From contig JBMORA010000009.1 in NCBI GenBank assembly GCA_049320885.1, positions 352,001 to 416,000 of the forward strand: a stretch of DNA of 64,000 nucleotides, written 5' to 3'. Every line of letters begins with the position of its first letter. Within the stretch, counting starts at the first letter, position 1. A model generated the notes under the pieces. It was not told the origin of the DNA and did no database searches. It was given only the letters and a program-made list of their open reading frames with translations. Position numbers and translations under genes: made by a program. The DNA is from Thermodesulfobacteriota bacterium. GTDB taxonomy: Bacteria; Desulfobacterota; Desulfobacteria; Desulfobacterales; SURF-7. This document shows positions 1-9,840 of the stretch, piece by piece.

Positions 1-2
1 AT

Positions 3-956
3 CTGGTGATCCTGTACACCGGCAACGGAAACGCGGAAATCGAGCCGATGGGCTGCTGCTTCAAAACCGGCGGCATGGCTCGCCGGGCGAACCGGATTGC
101 GGACCTGCGGAAGCAACATCCGCATTTGCTGGTTGTGGATTCCGGCGATTGTCTGCGGAGGAAACCCGGGGACGCGGTATATGACATCCGGCCGAAACAT
201 GTTCACCGCGCACTTGCCGCCATCGGGTATGATGTGCTCAATATCGCCGGAGGGGAGATGGCGGCCGGAGAGGCGTTTCGGAAACTGTTCGAAAACGATG
301 CGGCCATGCCCCTGGTCAGCACGAATGTCGTTTCCACCAATCCGGATCGGAAAAATCTTTGGCCCGCCTTCCGCCTCAAAAAAGCAGGCCTTGTCACCAT
401 CGGTATCATGGGGCTGACAAAGCAGACGGAAGCGGACGGCTTCCGGATTGCGGAGCCCGAGGAGGCTGTTCGGCGATGGCTGCCCGCCGTTCAAAAAGAG
501 GCGGACATCATCGTCTTGCTGTCACATATCGGCTGGGAGAAAACCAAGGAAATCGTCCAGAACCATCCGGGCATTCATGTGGCCATTGTCGGTTATGATG
601 ATTACCCCACATTCGATCCGGAAACGGTCAACGATACCCTGATCGTGAAAAATGCATTCGACGGTGGCATGCTGGGTATCGTCGAGATCTGGCTGAACGG
701 CGAACGAGGGGCTCCCCGGATTCAGAGTAGATTGGATCTCCTTGATTACAGAATTCCCGTAAAACGCGAATATACGGATCTCGAATCAAATTTCAGGGCT
801 GAGAAAAAAGCGTTTGAAGCAGAGTTGAAAAAAAGGGCGGCTGAACAAAATAAACAACGGGAACTTGCGCGATATTTGCACATGTCACCTGAGCAATTCA
901 TGGAGTACATGAAAAAAAACAATGGGCGCCTGGATCAAAAGGTGGATAACCCCTGA
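3..956 (+). CDS. UshA/5'-nucleotidase-like metallophosphoesterase, 5' end outside window
   Basis: ILYTGN..EIEP.GC..GG.ARR start, VDSGD, YDVLN, LLSH motifs; frame is open at the left edge; charged C-terminal helix. Confidence 0.7.
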   Translation: MVILYTGNGNAEIEPMGCCFKTGGMARRANRIADLRKQHPHLLVVDSGDCLRRKPGDAVYDIRPKHVHRALAAIGYDVLNIAGGEMAAGEAFRKLFENDAAMPLVSTNVVSTNPDRKNLWPAFRLKKAGLVTIGIMGLTKQTEADGFRIAEPEEAVRRWLPAVQKEADIIVLLSHIGWEKTKEIVQNHPGIHVAIVGYDDYPTFDPETVNDTLIVKNAFDGGMLGIVEIWLNGERGAPRIQSRLDLLDYRIPVKREYTDLESNFRAEKKAFEAELKKRAAEQNKQRELARYLHMSPEQFMEYMKKNNGRLDQKVDNP

Positions 957-968
957 CGGCTTCAAAAA

Positions 969-1104
969 TTGATGGAATCGTAAAAAGTCGAACTTCTCGG
1001 TTTCCGTCCTGCCGGACTCGATCAGGCATCCATTAAATACAATTTGTTCTGGGCTCCCACTTTCGCGGGAGCGACGATAGAAGGACTTTTTATCATTTCA
1101 TCGA
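969..1104. repeat. MITE/REP-like palindromic element, copy 1 (both terminal inverted repeats present)
   Basis: TTGATGGAATCGTAAAAAGTC (969-989) vs GACTTTTTATCATTTCATCGA (1084-1104), 17/21 complementary; internal hairpins; homologous to 43951-44054. Confidence 0.75.
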
Positions 1105-1261
1105 AAACTTGATTGAAGGAGCGGGATACATGATTCCATCGTTTACAACTACTATTGCTGCAATGAAATACACCGGATACCGGATGACGGATAAGCGCCC
1201 TCCCTGGATCCGATCTGGAGGCCGGCATGCAGGATTATGGTTGTTTCCTTGTCGGGTCACT

Positions 1262-1837
1262 ATGTTCTTCACCTGTATGGTGATATTTCTTGCGGGTCCC
1301 TCAATAGTTTTTGCGGAAAGAGTGAAACCCCTGAATCCGGACTGCAAGGCCTGTCCCACCGTGATCAGCTACGAGGGCATAGAGGCAAAAACCATATTGG
1401 GTATTGACAGCTTGCGGTTTCTGACAAAATTGAAAAACAGAGAAGCATATGAAAAGACAATAAAGATTGATCTTGATGGGAATAAACCGGTGGGATCGGA
1501 AACAGACCCCGATGAGGGTTACGAATTGCTGGTCTTCAGCTATAAACACCTGGTGGCCATCAATTCCCTTCAGGATACATCCGTGATAAAAATCGAAACC
1601 GATTTTCAGAATCTCCATCCAGCGGAAACCTCCGATAAATGGATGCCGGAAATTCAGCTGATGCCCTCGAATAGGGATGCTCTCAAGAAGAAAGATGATC
1701 TGGCGACGGCATGGAAAAAAATGAACGCAAGCAAGCTCTATCAGGTCATCAATCGTGAAGGGGCGAGCCATGACAAATGGAATGACAATTTGACCAAATT
1801 CATTCTGCAGGTCCTGGAAGCCGTTGACGGAAAATAA
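1262..1837 (+). CDS. hypothetical exported protein with a CxxC; start uncertain
   Basis: Hydrophobic signal-like stretch ending VFA, then CKAC; the longer ORF call begins right at the repeat boundary. Confidence 0.5.
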   Translation: MFFTCMVIFLAGPSIVFAERVKPLNPDCKACPTVISYEGIEAKTILGIDSLRFLTKLKNREAYEKTIKIDLDGNKPVGSETDPDEGYELLVFSYKHLVAINSLQDTSVIKIETDFQNLHPAETSDKWMPEIQLMPSNRDALKKKDDLATAWKKMNASKLYQVINREGASHDKWNDNLTKFILQVLEAVDGK

Positions 1838-1855
1838 GGAACAAGGAGACGCCGC

Positions 1856-2377
1856 ATGCTGCTGGAAACCTATACGCTCGAAATTTTCAACTCCAAATGC
1901 CAGCCGGGTGCCATGGGGGTGCACTGTTTCGCCCATCTGGATCAGGATATCAGCGAAGCCCTGCCCTATGTGAATACGGTTCTGGGCGGTTTTGAATATC
2001 TGGTGGATCCACCGGCTCTCACCCTGCGCTCCCAGGGGAAACTCATTACCTTGCAGGGCCGGAAAATCGCGGTGAATGCTTTGAAGGACGAACAGGAGGC
2101 CCGGAAGATCGTCGAATGGCTGAAAAACGAGATCAACACTGCCTGGGTGGAACGGGACCGGATTGTTCCCAGCCAGCGTGGCCGGCCCAAGCCTCAGTTG
2201 ATCGAAATCCTCAAACTGCTGCCCAAAACCAATTGCAAAAAATGCGGCCTGCCCACCTGCATGGTATTCGCCGCCCAGGCAATGGAAGGCGGCCGGGGGG
2301 CGGAAAGCTGTCCGGACCTGAATGAGGAGAACCGGACAAAACTGTCCGAATACCTGGAGTCGTATGATTTTGAGTAA
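1856..2377 (+). CDS. putative Fe-S cluster-binding protein
   Basis: C-terminal LPKTNCKKCGLPTCMVFA...CP FeS domain; RBS AAGGAG. Confidence 0.8.
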   Translation: MLLETYTLEIFNSKCQPGAMGVHCFAHLDQDISEALPYVNTVLGGFEYLVDPPALTLRSQGKLITLQGRKIAVNALKDEQEARKIVEWLKNEINTAWVERDRIVPSQRGRPKPQLIEILKLLPKTNCKKCGLPTCMVFAAQAMEGGRGAESCPDLNEENRTKLSEYLESYDFE

Positions 2378-2519
2378 AGGGGGTATTTTGTGCCCCGGGA
2401 GATTGCCAATGCTTCGCCGCTTCCCAGTTCGAATGCGACCCGGCCATGGAGTGGGGAAAACAGGTCGCGGCCTATGGTTTATATACCCTGGACCGAAAAA
2501 ATAAGGAAAGGAAGTCGTT

Positions 2520-2930
2520 ATGAAAAAAAGTTGCGGTTTGTCTGTTATCGGGATGCTGCTGGCCTGCCTTGCAGCAGCACCGGCCTTCGCCGGCGATTCA
2601 AAACCGGGAGAAATTCCTCAAGTGCCGACCCCCGGCATGGTCACCATGGTGGATCTGGGGGCGACCAAATGCATTCCCTGCAAGATGATGGCGCCCATCA
2701 TCGAGGAGCTGAAAAAAGAGTACGAAGGCCGGGCTTCCATCATTTTCATCGATGTCTGGGAACACAAGGAGGAGGCCCGGCGTTTCGGCATCCGGGGCAT
2801 TCCCACCCAGATCTTTTATGACAAGAACGGCAAGGAAGTCAGTCGGCATATGGGTTTCCTGGACAAAAAGAGCATTGAGGCGACTCTCGAGAACCTGGGT
2901 GTTGCAAAGGTTAAGGCCGATGAATCATGA
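2520..2930 (+). CDS. exported thioredoxin-family protein
   Basis: Signal peptide, CIPC active site, IPTQIF cis-Pro loop. Confidence 0.9.
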   Translation: MKKSCGLSVIGMLLACLAAAPAFAGDSKPGEIPQVPTPGMVTMVDLGATKCIPCKMMAPIIEELKKEYEGRASIIFIDVWEHKEEARRFGIRGIPTQIFYDKNGKEVSRHMGFLDKKSIEATLENLGVAKVKADES

Positions 2931-3624
2931 TTTCCTGCTGACAATTAACGAGTGGATGAACACCGGAACCGTCATCGCCGGCATGGGTGCCTTTCTTTGG
3001 GGGGTGGTCAGCGTGCTGTTCAGCCCCTGCCATCTAGCCTCCATTCCCCTGATCGTGGCCTATGTGGGCGGCCAGGAAACCGCCGTCAATCCCCGGCGGG
3101 CCGGCTGGTACGCCGGGGCCTTCACCCTGGGGTTGTTCATCACCATCGCCGTCATCGGCATCGTCTGCGCGCTGCTGGGGCGCATGTTCGGGGATGTGGG
3201 CGTCTGGCTGCAGGTGGCGGTGGGGGCCGTGCTCATCTGGGTGGCCCTGGGCATGCTGGGGGTCCAGGCCTGCTCCATGTCCGGTTCCTTGCTGTACCGC
3301 CTCAAGCTGCGGGGCCTTTTCGGCGCTTTCGGCCTGGGTCTGGCCTACGGGATTCTGTCCGGGTCCTGCACCTTCGGCTTCATCGCACCGATTTTGGCCA
3401 TCGTTACGGTGCAACAAAAAGTCGTGGCCGGTTCGGTGATGATGATCCTTTTCGCCCTGGGTCACTGCTTGCCCATCGTCATTGCCGGCAGTTCCACGGC
3501 CCTGGTGCGAAGACTCACGGAAAGCAGCGCTTGGCAGGGGGCGGGGCTGTGGTTTCGCAAGGGCGCGGGAGTGATGATAGCCCTGCTGGGAGTGTATTAT
3601 GTTTTTACTCCGTTCATCATCTGA
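2920..3624 (+). CDS. ccdA: CcdA/DsbD-type transmembrane disulfide-exchange protein
   Basis: FSPCHL and GSCT motifs, multiple TM helices; ATG 2920 overlaps the thioredoxin stop. Confidence 0.85.
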   Translation: MNHDFLLTINEWMNTGTVIAGMGAFLWGVVSVLFSPCHLASIPLIVAYVGGQETAVNPRRAGWYAGAFTLGLFITIAVIGIVCALLGRMFGDVGVWLQVAVGAVLIWVALGMLGVQACSMSGSLLYRLKLRGLFGAFGLGLAYGILSGSCTFGFIAPILAIVTVQQKVVAGSVMMILFALGHCLPIVIAGSSTALVRRLTESSAWQGAGLWFRKGAGVMIALLGVYYVFTPFII

Positions 3625-3664
3625 CCTGTTACGGAAACATCCATAGAGAAGGAGTGAAGAGAGT

Positions 3665-4849
3665 ATGAGCGTCGCTACCAAGGCAACAACCAATGATCGA
3701 AAAATGACCAGCGTGTTCGAGCGTTACCTGACCTTTTGGGTGTTGCTGTGCATCATCGCCGGCATTCTCTTGGGGAAAATCGCCCCCGGCTTGGCCCGCA
3801 CCCTGGACGGCATGGCCATTTACGTAAAGGGCGCGCCGGTGGTGTCGATTCCCATCGCGATCTGTCTGTTTTTCATGATGTATCCCATCATGGTGAAAAT
3901 CGATTTCGGTTCGGTGATCAAGGCCGGCAAGAGCGGCAAGCCGGTGTTGCTGACCCTGTTCGTCAACTGGTGCGTCAAACCCTTCACCATGTACGCCATC
4001 GCCCTGTTTTTCCTGGGGACTCTGTTTCACGGATTCATCGGTCCTGATGCAGTGGACCATGTCAAGATGCCGTTCGGGCTGGATCTTCCGGTGGGCACCA
4101 CCCACGGGGCCGGCACGGTGGTGCTGGTGGAAGGGGTCAAAATGCTGGAAATTCCGTTGTGGCGCAGCTATCTGGCCGGCTGCATCCTTTTGGGCATCGC
4201 CCCCTGCACGGCCATGGTGCTGGTATGGGGCTTTCTGGCCCGGGGAAACGACGGGCTGACCCTGGTGATGGTGGCCATCAATTCGCTGACCATGCTGGTG
4301 CTCTATGGCGTATTGGGCGGGTTTCTGTTGGGTGTGGGAAAATTGCCGGTGCCCTGGCAGGCCTTGCTGCTCTCCATCCTGATCTATGTGGCCCTGCCCC
4401 TGGTGGCCGGATACCTGTCGCGCCGCTGGATCATCGCGGCCAAAGGGGAGACCTGGTTCAAGGAAAAGTTTCTCCATGTACTTACCCCGATCACGATTAT
4501 CGCCCTGCTGGCCACCCTGGTGCTGCTGTTTTCCTTCAAGGGCGAGGTGATTATATCCAATCCACTGACCATCCTGTGGATTGCCGTACCGTTGTTCCTC
4601 CAGACCATGCTGATTTTTATTCTGGGATATTGGCTTGCCCGGGTGCTCAAGCTGAAGTATGAGGATGCGGCCCCGGCGGCCATGATCGGCGCCTCCAATC
4701 ATTTCGAGGTGGCCATCGCCACCGCCACCATGCTGTTCGGCCTGTCTTCCGGAGCGGCGCTGGCCACCGTGGTGGGGGTGCTCATCGAAGTGCCGGTGAT
4801 GCTCATGCTGGTTAAAATCTGCACCAATACGCGCCATTGGTTCGAGTGA
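3665..4849 (+). CDS. acr3: Acr3-family arsenite efflux transporter
   Basis: [36 protein letters not shown] signatures. Confidence 0.95.
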   Translation: MSVATKATTNDRKMTSVFERYLTFWVLLCIIAGILLGKIAPGLARTLDGMAIYVKGAPVVSIPIAICLFFMMYPIMVKIDFGSVIKAGKSGKPVLLTLFVNWCVKPFTMYAIALFFLGTLFHGFIGPDAVDHVKMPFGLDLPVGTTHGAGTVVLVEGVKMLEIPLWRSYLAGCILLGIAPCTAMVLVWGFLARGNDGLTLVMVAINSLTMLVLYGVLGGFLLGVGKLPVPWQALLLSILIYVALPLVAGYLSRRWIIAAKGETWFKEKFLHVLTPITIIALLATLVLLFSFKGEVIISNPLTILWIAVPLFLQTMLIFILGYWLARVLKLKYEDAAPAAMIGASNHFEVAIATATMLFGLSSGAALATVVGVLIEVPVMLMLVKICTNTRHWFE

Positions 4850-4882
4850 TGTTCCACAGCCTGGCCATCAGGGGAAAAGCGC

Positions 4883-6304
4883 ATGAAACCAGAGACGAAG
4901 GGCGGGCCATTCCGTGGCATTATCGATGCCTGCGCCGACTGCGACACCTGCCGGTATCTGATGACGGGCAGCTGCCTGTTTTTTCCGGAGCTGTACCGCC
5001 TGTATGACCGGGAAAAAGAAGATGGCCGTCCGGCCGATAAAGAGGAGATCGGGCGGCTTTCCGGGCTCTGCACCCTCTGTGGTTTGTGCCCCTGCCCCAA
5101 TATCCGCGCGGATCTGATCCGGAGCAAGGCAGAATCCGTGCGCAGAGACGGGATGGCCCTGCGCAACCGTCTGCTGGCCGATATCCAACGCGTGGGATGC
5201 TGGGGCAGCCTGGCCCCCGAGGCTTTTAACGGCGCGCTTTCATTTGCTCCGGTGAACCGCCTGGCAAAAAAAATCGTGGGAATCCATCCCCACCGGTTTC
5301 TGCCCCGGGTCGCCCGGGAGAATTTTTTTGCCTGGGCGCGCAAGCGGGGATTGGACCGCGAGCCCCGGGGGCGGCCCGGAGTCGCCTATTTTGCGGGCTG
5401 CACGGCCGGATATTTTTTCCCCGAAGTGGCCCGGTCCGCGGTTTCGCTTCTGGAACGAAGCGGGGTCTCTGTTTATGTCCCGCCCCAGCAATGCTGCGGC
5501 ATGCCCACCCTCCTGGAAGGCGATGCGAAAACGACCCTGCAGCGGGCGAAATTCAATCTGGAAAGCCTTATGACGGCTGTGCGGTCCGGATACCGTCCGG
5601 TCAGTTCCTGCCCCACCTGCAGCTATCTGATGAGAATTATGCTCAAGGAGAATGCCTGTTTCTCCTCGGCTTATCAGCAATCGGTCAGCGCCGGCCGGGA
5701 CGAGATCGTTGTCCCGGACCCCGGGGCAACGGACGGCGTTGTGCGCCTGAAAAAATCCATTTACAGGAGCATCCTGAAAGACGACGGGTATTTCTCCTCT
5801 TTCGACCCCTTGGAGCGGATCGCCTTGTCCGACACCATGATGGACCTGGGGGAGTATCTGGAAGGTCTGTTTGGAAAGGTTCATCCGGGCAGCCGGATGG
5901 ACAGGCTGAACGTCCGCATGGTGTATTTCGCTCCCTGCCATCAACGCGAGCAGGGAATCGGCAGTCCTTATGTAAAATTGTTGGCCATGATTCCCGGCCT
6001 TACCATCCAACCGGTGGGCGGCGCCATGGACTGCTGCGGCATGGGCGGCAGCCTGGGTCTCAAAACGGAATTTCATGACGCTTCACTCACCCTGGGAGCG
6101 CCCTTGTTCAACAAGATCAAAGCCGCCGACCCGGAGCTCATCGTCACCGATTGCCTGAGTTGCCGGCTGCAATTTCAACAGGTGCTGCCCTATCCGGTCC
6201 GGCACCCCCTGGAAATTCTTGCCGGCGCTGATGAAAACCAGCCTATGTATTCTATTCCCCGACATCATTCCCCAGGCCCAACAACCATTTCCAGAGGGGA
6301 ATGA
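4883..6304 (+). CDS. GlpC/HdrD-like Fe-S oxidoreductase (4Fe-4S plus two CCG domains)
   Basis: CADCDTC, CTLCGLCPC, QQCCG, DCCGMGG, TDCLSC motifs. Confidence 0.85.
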   Translation: MKPETKGGPFRGIIDACADCDTCRYLMTGSCLFFPELYRLYDREKEDGRPADKEEIGRLSGLCTLCGLCPCPNIRADLIRSKAESVRRDGMALRNRLLADIQRVGCWGSLAPEAFNGALSFAPVNRLAKKIVGIHPHRFLPRVARENFFAWARKRGLDREPRGRPGVAYFAGCTAGYFFPEVARSAVSLLERSGVSVYVPPQQCCGMPTLLEGDAKTTLQRAKFNLESLMTAVRSGYRPVSSCPTCSYLMRIMLKENACFSSAYQQSVSAGRDEIVVPDPGATDGVVRLKKSIYRSILKDDGYFSSFDPLERIALSDTMMDLGEYLEGLFGKVHPGSRMDRLNVRMVYFAPCHQREQGIGSPYVKLLAMIPGLTIQPVGGAMDCCGMGGSLGLKTEFHDASLTLGAPLFNKIKAADPELIVTDCLSCRLQFQQVLPYPVRHPLEILAGADENQPMYSIPRHHSPGPTTISRGE

Positions 6305-7568
6305 TATCGATGGAATTTCCATTATGACTGATTTTCCGTTCCTCGTCCTCGGATAGGATTCTGAGCCGAGCCGTCGGGAATGTCCCGGCGGCCGCCAGGA
6401 GCCCGTTTATTTCCCGTTCCCGGGTTGTGTTATCCGCAAGGCTGAGCGATACCTGGATGGCCTCCGTGATGGCGCGCCCTTCGCGGACCACAAAATCTAC
6501 CTCTTTGCCCGCGATTGATTTCCAATAATACACTTCTTTATTCCGGCGCCGCAGCTCCAAAAACACTATGTTTTCATAGACATGGCCAAGATTCCGACTG
6601 ATCGTGAAGCTGATCGATTGCATCAGCACGGGATCTATGCCGTACACCTTGGAAGGATTGTAGATCTGGCGCTTCAAGGAATAATCGAACAAGTCCACGA
6701 ACAGGAAAAGATAGACGTCGGATAGGGCCTGGAGGTAGTTCTTGATCGTATTCTGGCTCTTTACCCCGATTATCCCTTGCAGCGATTTATAACTGTGGAT
6801 ACACGCGCAGTTAGAGGCGAGAAAAAGCGCCAGTTCCTTTATTTCCCTGGTGTTGCGAATGCCGTTGCGCGCGATGACGTCGCGGTAGAGAATATCCTGA
6901 TAATAGTGCTCCAAAATCGTGGGGTCGCCGGTAGTGATCGCTTCGGGAAATCCGCCGATCAACAGGTATTTCTGAAGGAGGCGCTTCAATTCTATCCGCG
7001 TGTCGCGATGGTATGACTCCGCTGGTGCGGGGAAAAAGCCGCGTGTGCGAACGAATTCAACGAACGATAAGGGCCAGACCACAATCCGGCGATTCCTGCC
7101 GGTGAGAGCCGTCGCTATTTCCGAGCCGAGCAGAGAGGCGTTGGAGCCGGTGACAAAGATTTTTACCGCTTCAAACTCGTAAAGACGATTCAGCCATTTC
7201 TCCCAAAGCGGTACGTTCTGAATTTCATCCAGAAAAAGCCAGACTTTTCCCTTTGGCGCCTCCAGTTCCAGGAAGGATTCATAGAGAGAATCAAAGTCGG
7301 CGGCGGTGAATCCGGCGAACCGTTCATCCTCGAAATTCAGGTAGAGAATGTTGGGGCGTTCCACACCGTGAAGTTCCATGAGGTCGCTGCAGATAAGCCG
7401 CATGAGGGAGGATTTTCCGCTCCGCCGCACACCGGTGAAAACCAATATTTCCCGTTGCGCCAGGAAAGGCCGCGTCTTTTCCTGTAATTCTCTTGGGAAA
7501 AAGTCGGTCTTGCTGAGAAATCGGTCCTTGTGAAGGGTTATAAGTTCTTTTAGTTTTAGCTTGTCCAT
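6252..7568 (-). CDS. AAA_14 + DUF4143 ATPase
   Basis: GVRRSGKS Walker A, FLDEIQ Walker B, GGFPE, EVDF nuclease-like C-terminus; start 7568 chosen from promoter geometry. Confidence 0.9.
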   Translation of the reverse strand: MDKLKLKELITLHKDRFLSKTDFFPRELQEKTRPFLAQREILVFTGVRRSGKSSLMRLICSDLMELHGVERPNILYLNFEDERFAGFTAADFDSLYESFLELEAPKGKVWLFLDEIQNVPLWEKWLNRLYEFEAVKIFVTGSNASLLGSEIATALTGRNRRIVVWPLSFVEFVRTRGFFPAPAESYHRDTRIELKRLLQKYLLIGGFPEAITTGDPTILEHYYQDILYRDVIARNGIRNTREIKELALFLASNCACIHSYKSLQGIIGVKSQNTIKNYLQALSDVYLFLFVDLFDYSLKRQIYNPSKVYGIDPVLMQSISFTISRNLGHVYENIVFLELRRRNKEVYYWKSIAGKEVDFVVREGRAITEAIQVSLSLADNTTREREINGLLAAAGTFPTARLRILSEDEERKISHNGNSIDIIPLWKWLLGLGNDVGE

Positions 7569-7574
7569 GTCCCG

Positions 7575-7632
7575 AATATATTGCATTGGTTTTGCATTGT
7601 AAATAGGTATTTATTGCAATACAAATGCTAAC
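7575..7632 (-). promoter_or_regulatory. sigma70 promoter of the ATPase with tandem TTGCA-type palindromes
   Basis: Minus strand TTTACA-17 nt-TATATT, with ATG 7 nt downstream; imperfect palindromes at 7581-7598 and 7615-7632. Confidence 0.55.
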
Positions 7633-7773
7633 AACAAGGCGGTTGGTTTTCAGGGCATTTGGTAAATCCCCGTCGCATACAATAATCTTTTCAAGCCATT
7701 ACCGATTAATTTCATGGGGCCCGCTTCAATGCGCCATCGCAATTCATCCCGGATTTTTCGTTACAAAAACCGC

Positions 7774-7807
7774 TTGACAAAATGGTCTGGTCTGGTCAGA
7801 CTATATT
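7774..7807 (+). promoter_or_regulatory. toxin-antitoxin promoter with probable autorepression operator
   Basis: TTGACA at 7774; three TGGTC repeats and palindrome GTCTG-GT-CAGAC over the -10 region. Confidence 0.55.
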
Positions 7808-7826
7808 TGTAAAAGGGAGGTTGCCC

Positions 7827-8066
7827 ATGCAGATTTCCAATATTTCAGAAGCAAAGGCGCAGTTATCCGCCTTGATTGAAAAAGTCATGGCCGGAGAAGA
7901 AGTGATCATCGGCAAGGCTGGAAAGCCGGTGGCCCGCATCATCAAGTATGAGAATAACCGGCAGCCGCGCCAGCCCGGCGCTTTAAAAGGGAAAATAAAG
8001 ATCGCAAATGATTTCGATGTGCTCCCGGATGATATCGCCGAAGCATTCGGCATGGTGGGCAAATGA
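7827..8066 (+). CDS. Phd/YefM-family antitoxin
   Basis: NISEAKAQLSALIEKV..GEEVII...GKPVA; RBS AGGGAGG. Confidence 0.9.
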   Translation: MQISNISEAKAQLSALIEKVMAGEEVIIGKAGKPVARIIKYENNRQPRQPGALKGKIKIANDFDVLPDDIAEAFGMVGK

Positions 8067-8440
8067 ATCTGTTTCTCGACACCCATGTGTTGCTGTGGTG
8101 GTTGGACGACAGTCCTTATCTTTCCGATGCTGAACGAAATGCTATCTCTGACCCTGGAAACCTGATTGCGGTGAGTGCTGCCGTGATCTGGGAAATGCAG
8201 ATCAAGCAGGCGCTTGGAAAACTGCAAATTCCAGCTGATTTTTATCCCGTTATCCAAAATCAGGGATTTGAACTTTTATCCATCACCACGGATCATGCGT
8301 ATGCGGCAGGAGGACTGCCCATGCATCATCGCGATCCCTTTGACAGAATGATTATCGCCCAGGCCCGGCTGGAAAAACTGTGCCTCATCACCCGCGACAA
8401 CATATTCAGCAGATACGATGTTTCCGTTTTTGCGCTTTGA
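8063..8440 (+). CDS. vapC: VapC/PIN-domain toxin
   Basis: LDTHVLLW and HRDPFDRMIIAQA motifs; ATGA overlap with the antitoxin. Confidence 0.92.
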   Translation: MNLFLDTHVLLWWLDDSPYLSDAERNAISDPGNLIAVSAAVIWEMQIKQALGKLQIPADFYPVIQNQGFELLSITTDHAYAAGGLPMHHRDPFDRMIIAQARLEKLCLITRDNIFSRYDVSVFAL

Positions 8441-8528
8441 TTCAATTCCAATCTGAAGGACAATTACGGTGGACGAAGCATCCGGGTGGCTTGACAGCCA
8501 TCTTGTATGGTTGTATTGGGGTTTCTAT

Positions 8529-9314
8529 ATGGAAGCAAAACAATATATTCCTGAAAAAACCATGTTGAAAAAGATCGCGGCCTACGCCTTGCTCTTACTG
8601 GCAGCCCTGGCGGGGCAAACTTCCCTGATCTTATTAGGAGTGTTTTTGTATTTCGGCGGCCTGGATATTGTTATGCTGAATTTCGGCGATATGGGCGCCT
8701 TGCTCCTCGATGCCGGTTTATGCCTGGTATTTTTCGCGCAGCACAGCCTCATGGTGCGCAAGCGGTACCGGAAATGGCTGGCGGCGCATGTGCGGATGGA
8801 ATTTCACGCGGCCTTGTACACCATCGCTTCCGCCATGGCGTTGATCCTGCTGGTGACGGTATGGCAGAAATCGTCCGTTATCATGATGTGGTCGGAAGGC
8901 GCGGGGTTCTGGCTGTTCCGGGGAGCGTATTTCCTGTCCATCGCCGGTTTGGTCTGGGGGAATCTGGCCCTCGGCTCCTTCGACTCTTTCGGGTTGAATT
9001 CGGTTCTCGCCTACGTGCGCGGCGCAACCGCGAAGCCGTTGCCTTTCGCCGCCAAAGGACCTTACCGGTGGGTGCGCCACCCGCTGTACTTCTGCTCCCT
9101 GCTGATGATCTGGTCATGCCCCACCATCACCGTGGATCGCCTGCTGTTCAACGCGCTTTTCACCATCTGGATCTTGATCGGCATGCGCTTCGAGGAGCGC
9201 GATCTGATGGCATCCTATGGTGCGGCCTATGAAACATACCAAAAACAGGTTCCCATGATTCTGCCCCGCGGAATCCAGCCGGCGTTGCCGCGATCCGGGC
9301 TGGTTCAGGAGTGA
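8529..9314 (+). CDS. membrane methyltransferase, MddA/NnrU/ICMT-like
   Basis: FFAQHSLM.R, GPYRWVRHPLY, W..PT.T..RLLF, EERDL...G.AY..Y...VP motifs; start 8529 or 8562. Confidence 0.75.
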   Translation: MEAKQYIPEKTMLKKIAAYALLLLAALAGQTSLILLGVFLYFGGLDIVMLNFGDMGALLLDAGLCLVFFAQHSLMVRKRYRKWLAAHVRMEFHAALYTIASAMALILLVTVWQKSSVIMMWSEGAGFWLFRGAYFLSIAGLVWGNLALGSFDSFGLNSVLAYVRGATAKPLPFAAKGPYRWVRHPLYFCSLLMIWSCPTITVDRLLFNALFTIWILIGMRFEERDLMASYGAAYETYQKQVPMILPRGIQPALPRSGLVQE

Positions 9315-9345
9315 CAATCCGCTGTCATATGGATATAAGGGAAAA

Positions 9346-9840
9346 ATGAATTCGCTGAAACAATCCCTGTGGCAAATCCCCGCGCTTATCGTCATCGCCT
9401 GCTGCATTGCCGTCGGCGTCAACCATTTCCGGGCCGACGGCATCCCGCTCGTGGGTGATTGGTCGGAAGAAACCCGTTTTTCCGATGCCGAAGGGGGGAG
9501 CCTGGTCATTTCCCTGGACCAGGCCCGGCGCCTGTTCGAAGAACAAACCGCCCTGTTCGTGGATGCCCGGCCGGAAAGCCAGTATGCCGAGGGGCATATC
9601 CAGGGGGCCCTGAGCATTCCCTGGCAGGAGGTGGACCGGTATTTTGACGCGGCGGCGGACAGGCTCGCGGACGTCAACGAGATTGTCACCTATTGCGACG
9701 GAGAGACCTGCGAATTGAGTCATGAATTGGCCCTGTTCCTGAAGGAAATGGGGTTTGCCAACGTGCGGGTGCTGGTCAACGGCTGGACCGTTTGGCGCCA
9801 GGCGGGACTGCCGACGGAAGAGGGGAGCGGGCAACCATGA
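9346..9840 (+). CDS. membrane-anchored rhodanese-like protein
   Basis: N-terminal TM, FVDAR...Y.EGHI.GA, YCDGETC, GW..W. Confidence 0.88.
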   Translation: MNSLKQSLWQIPALIVIACCIAVGVNHFRADGIPLVGDWSEETRFSDAEGGSLVISLDQARRLFEEQTALFVDARPESQYAEGHIQGALSIPWQEVDRYFDAAADRLADVNEIVTYCDGETCELSHELALFLKEMGFANVRVLVNGWTVWRQAGLPTEEGSGQP

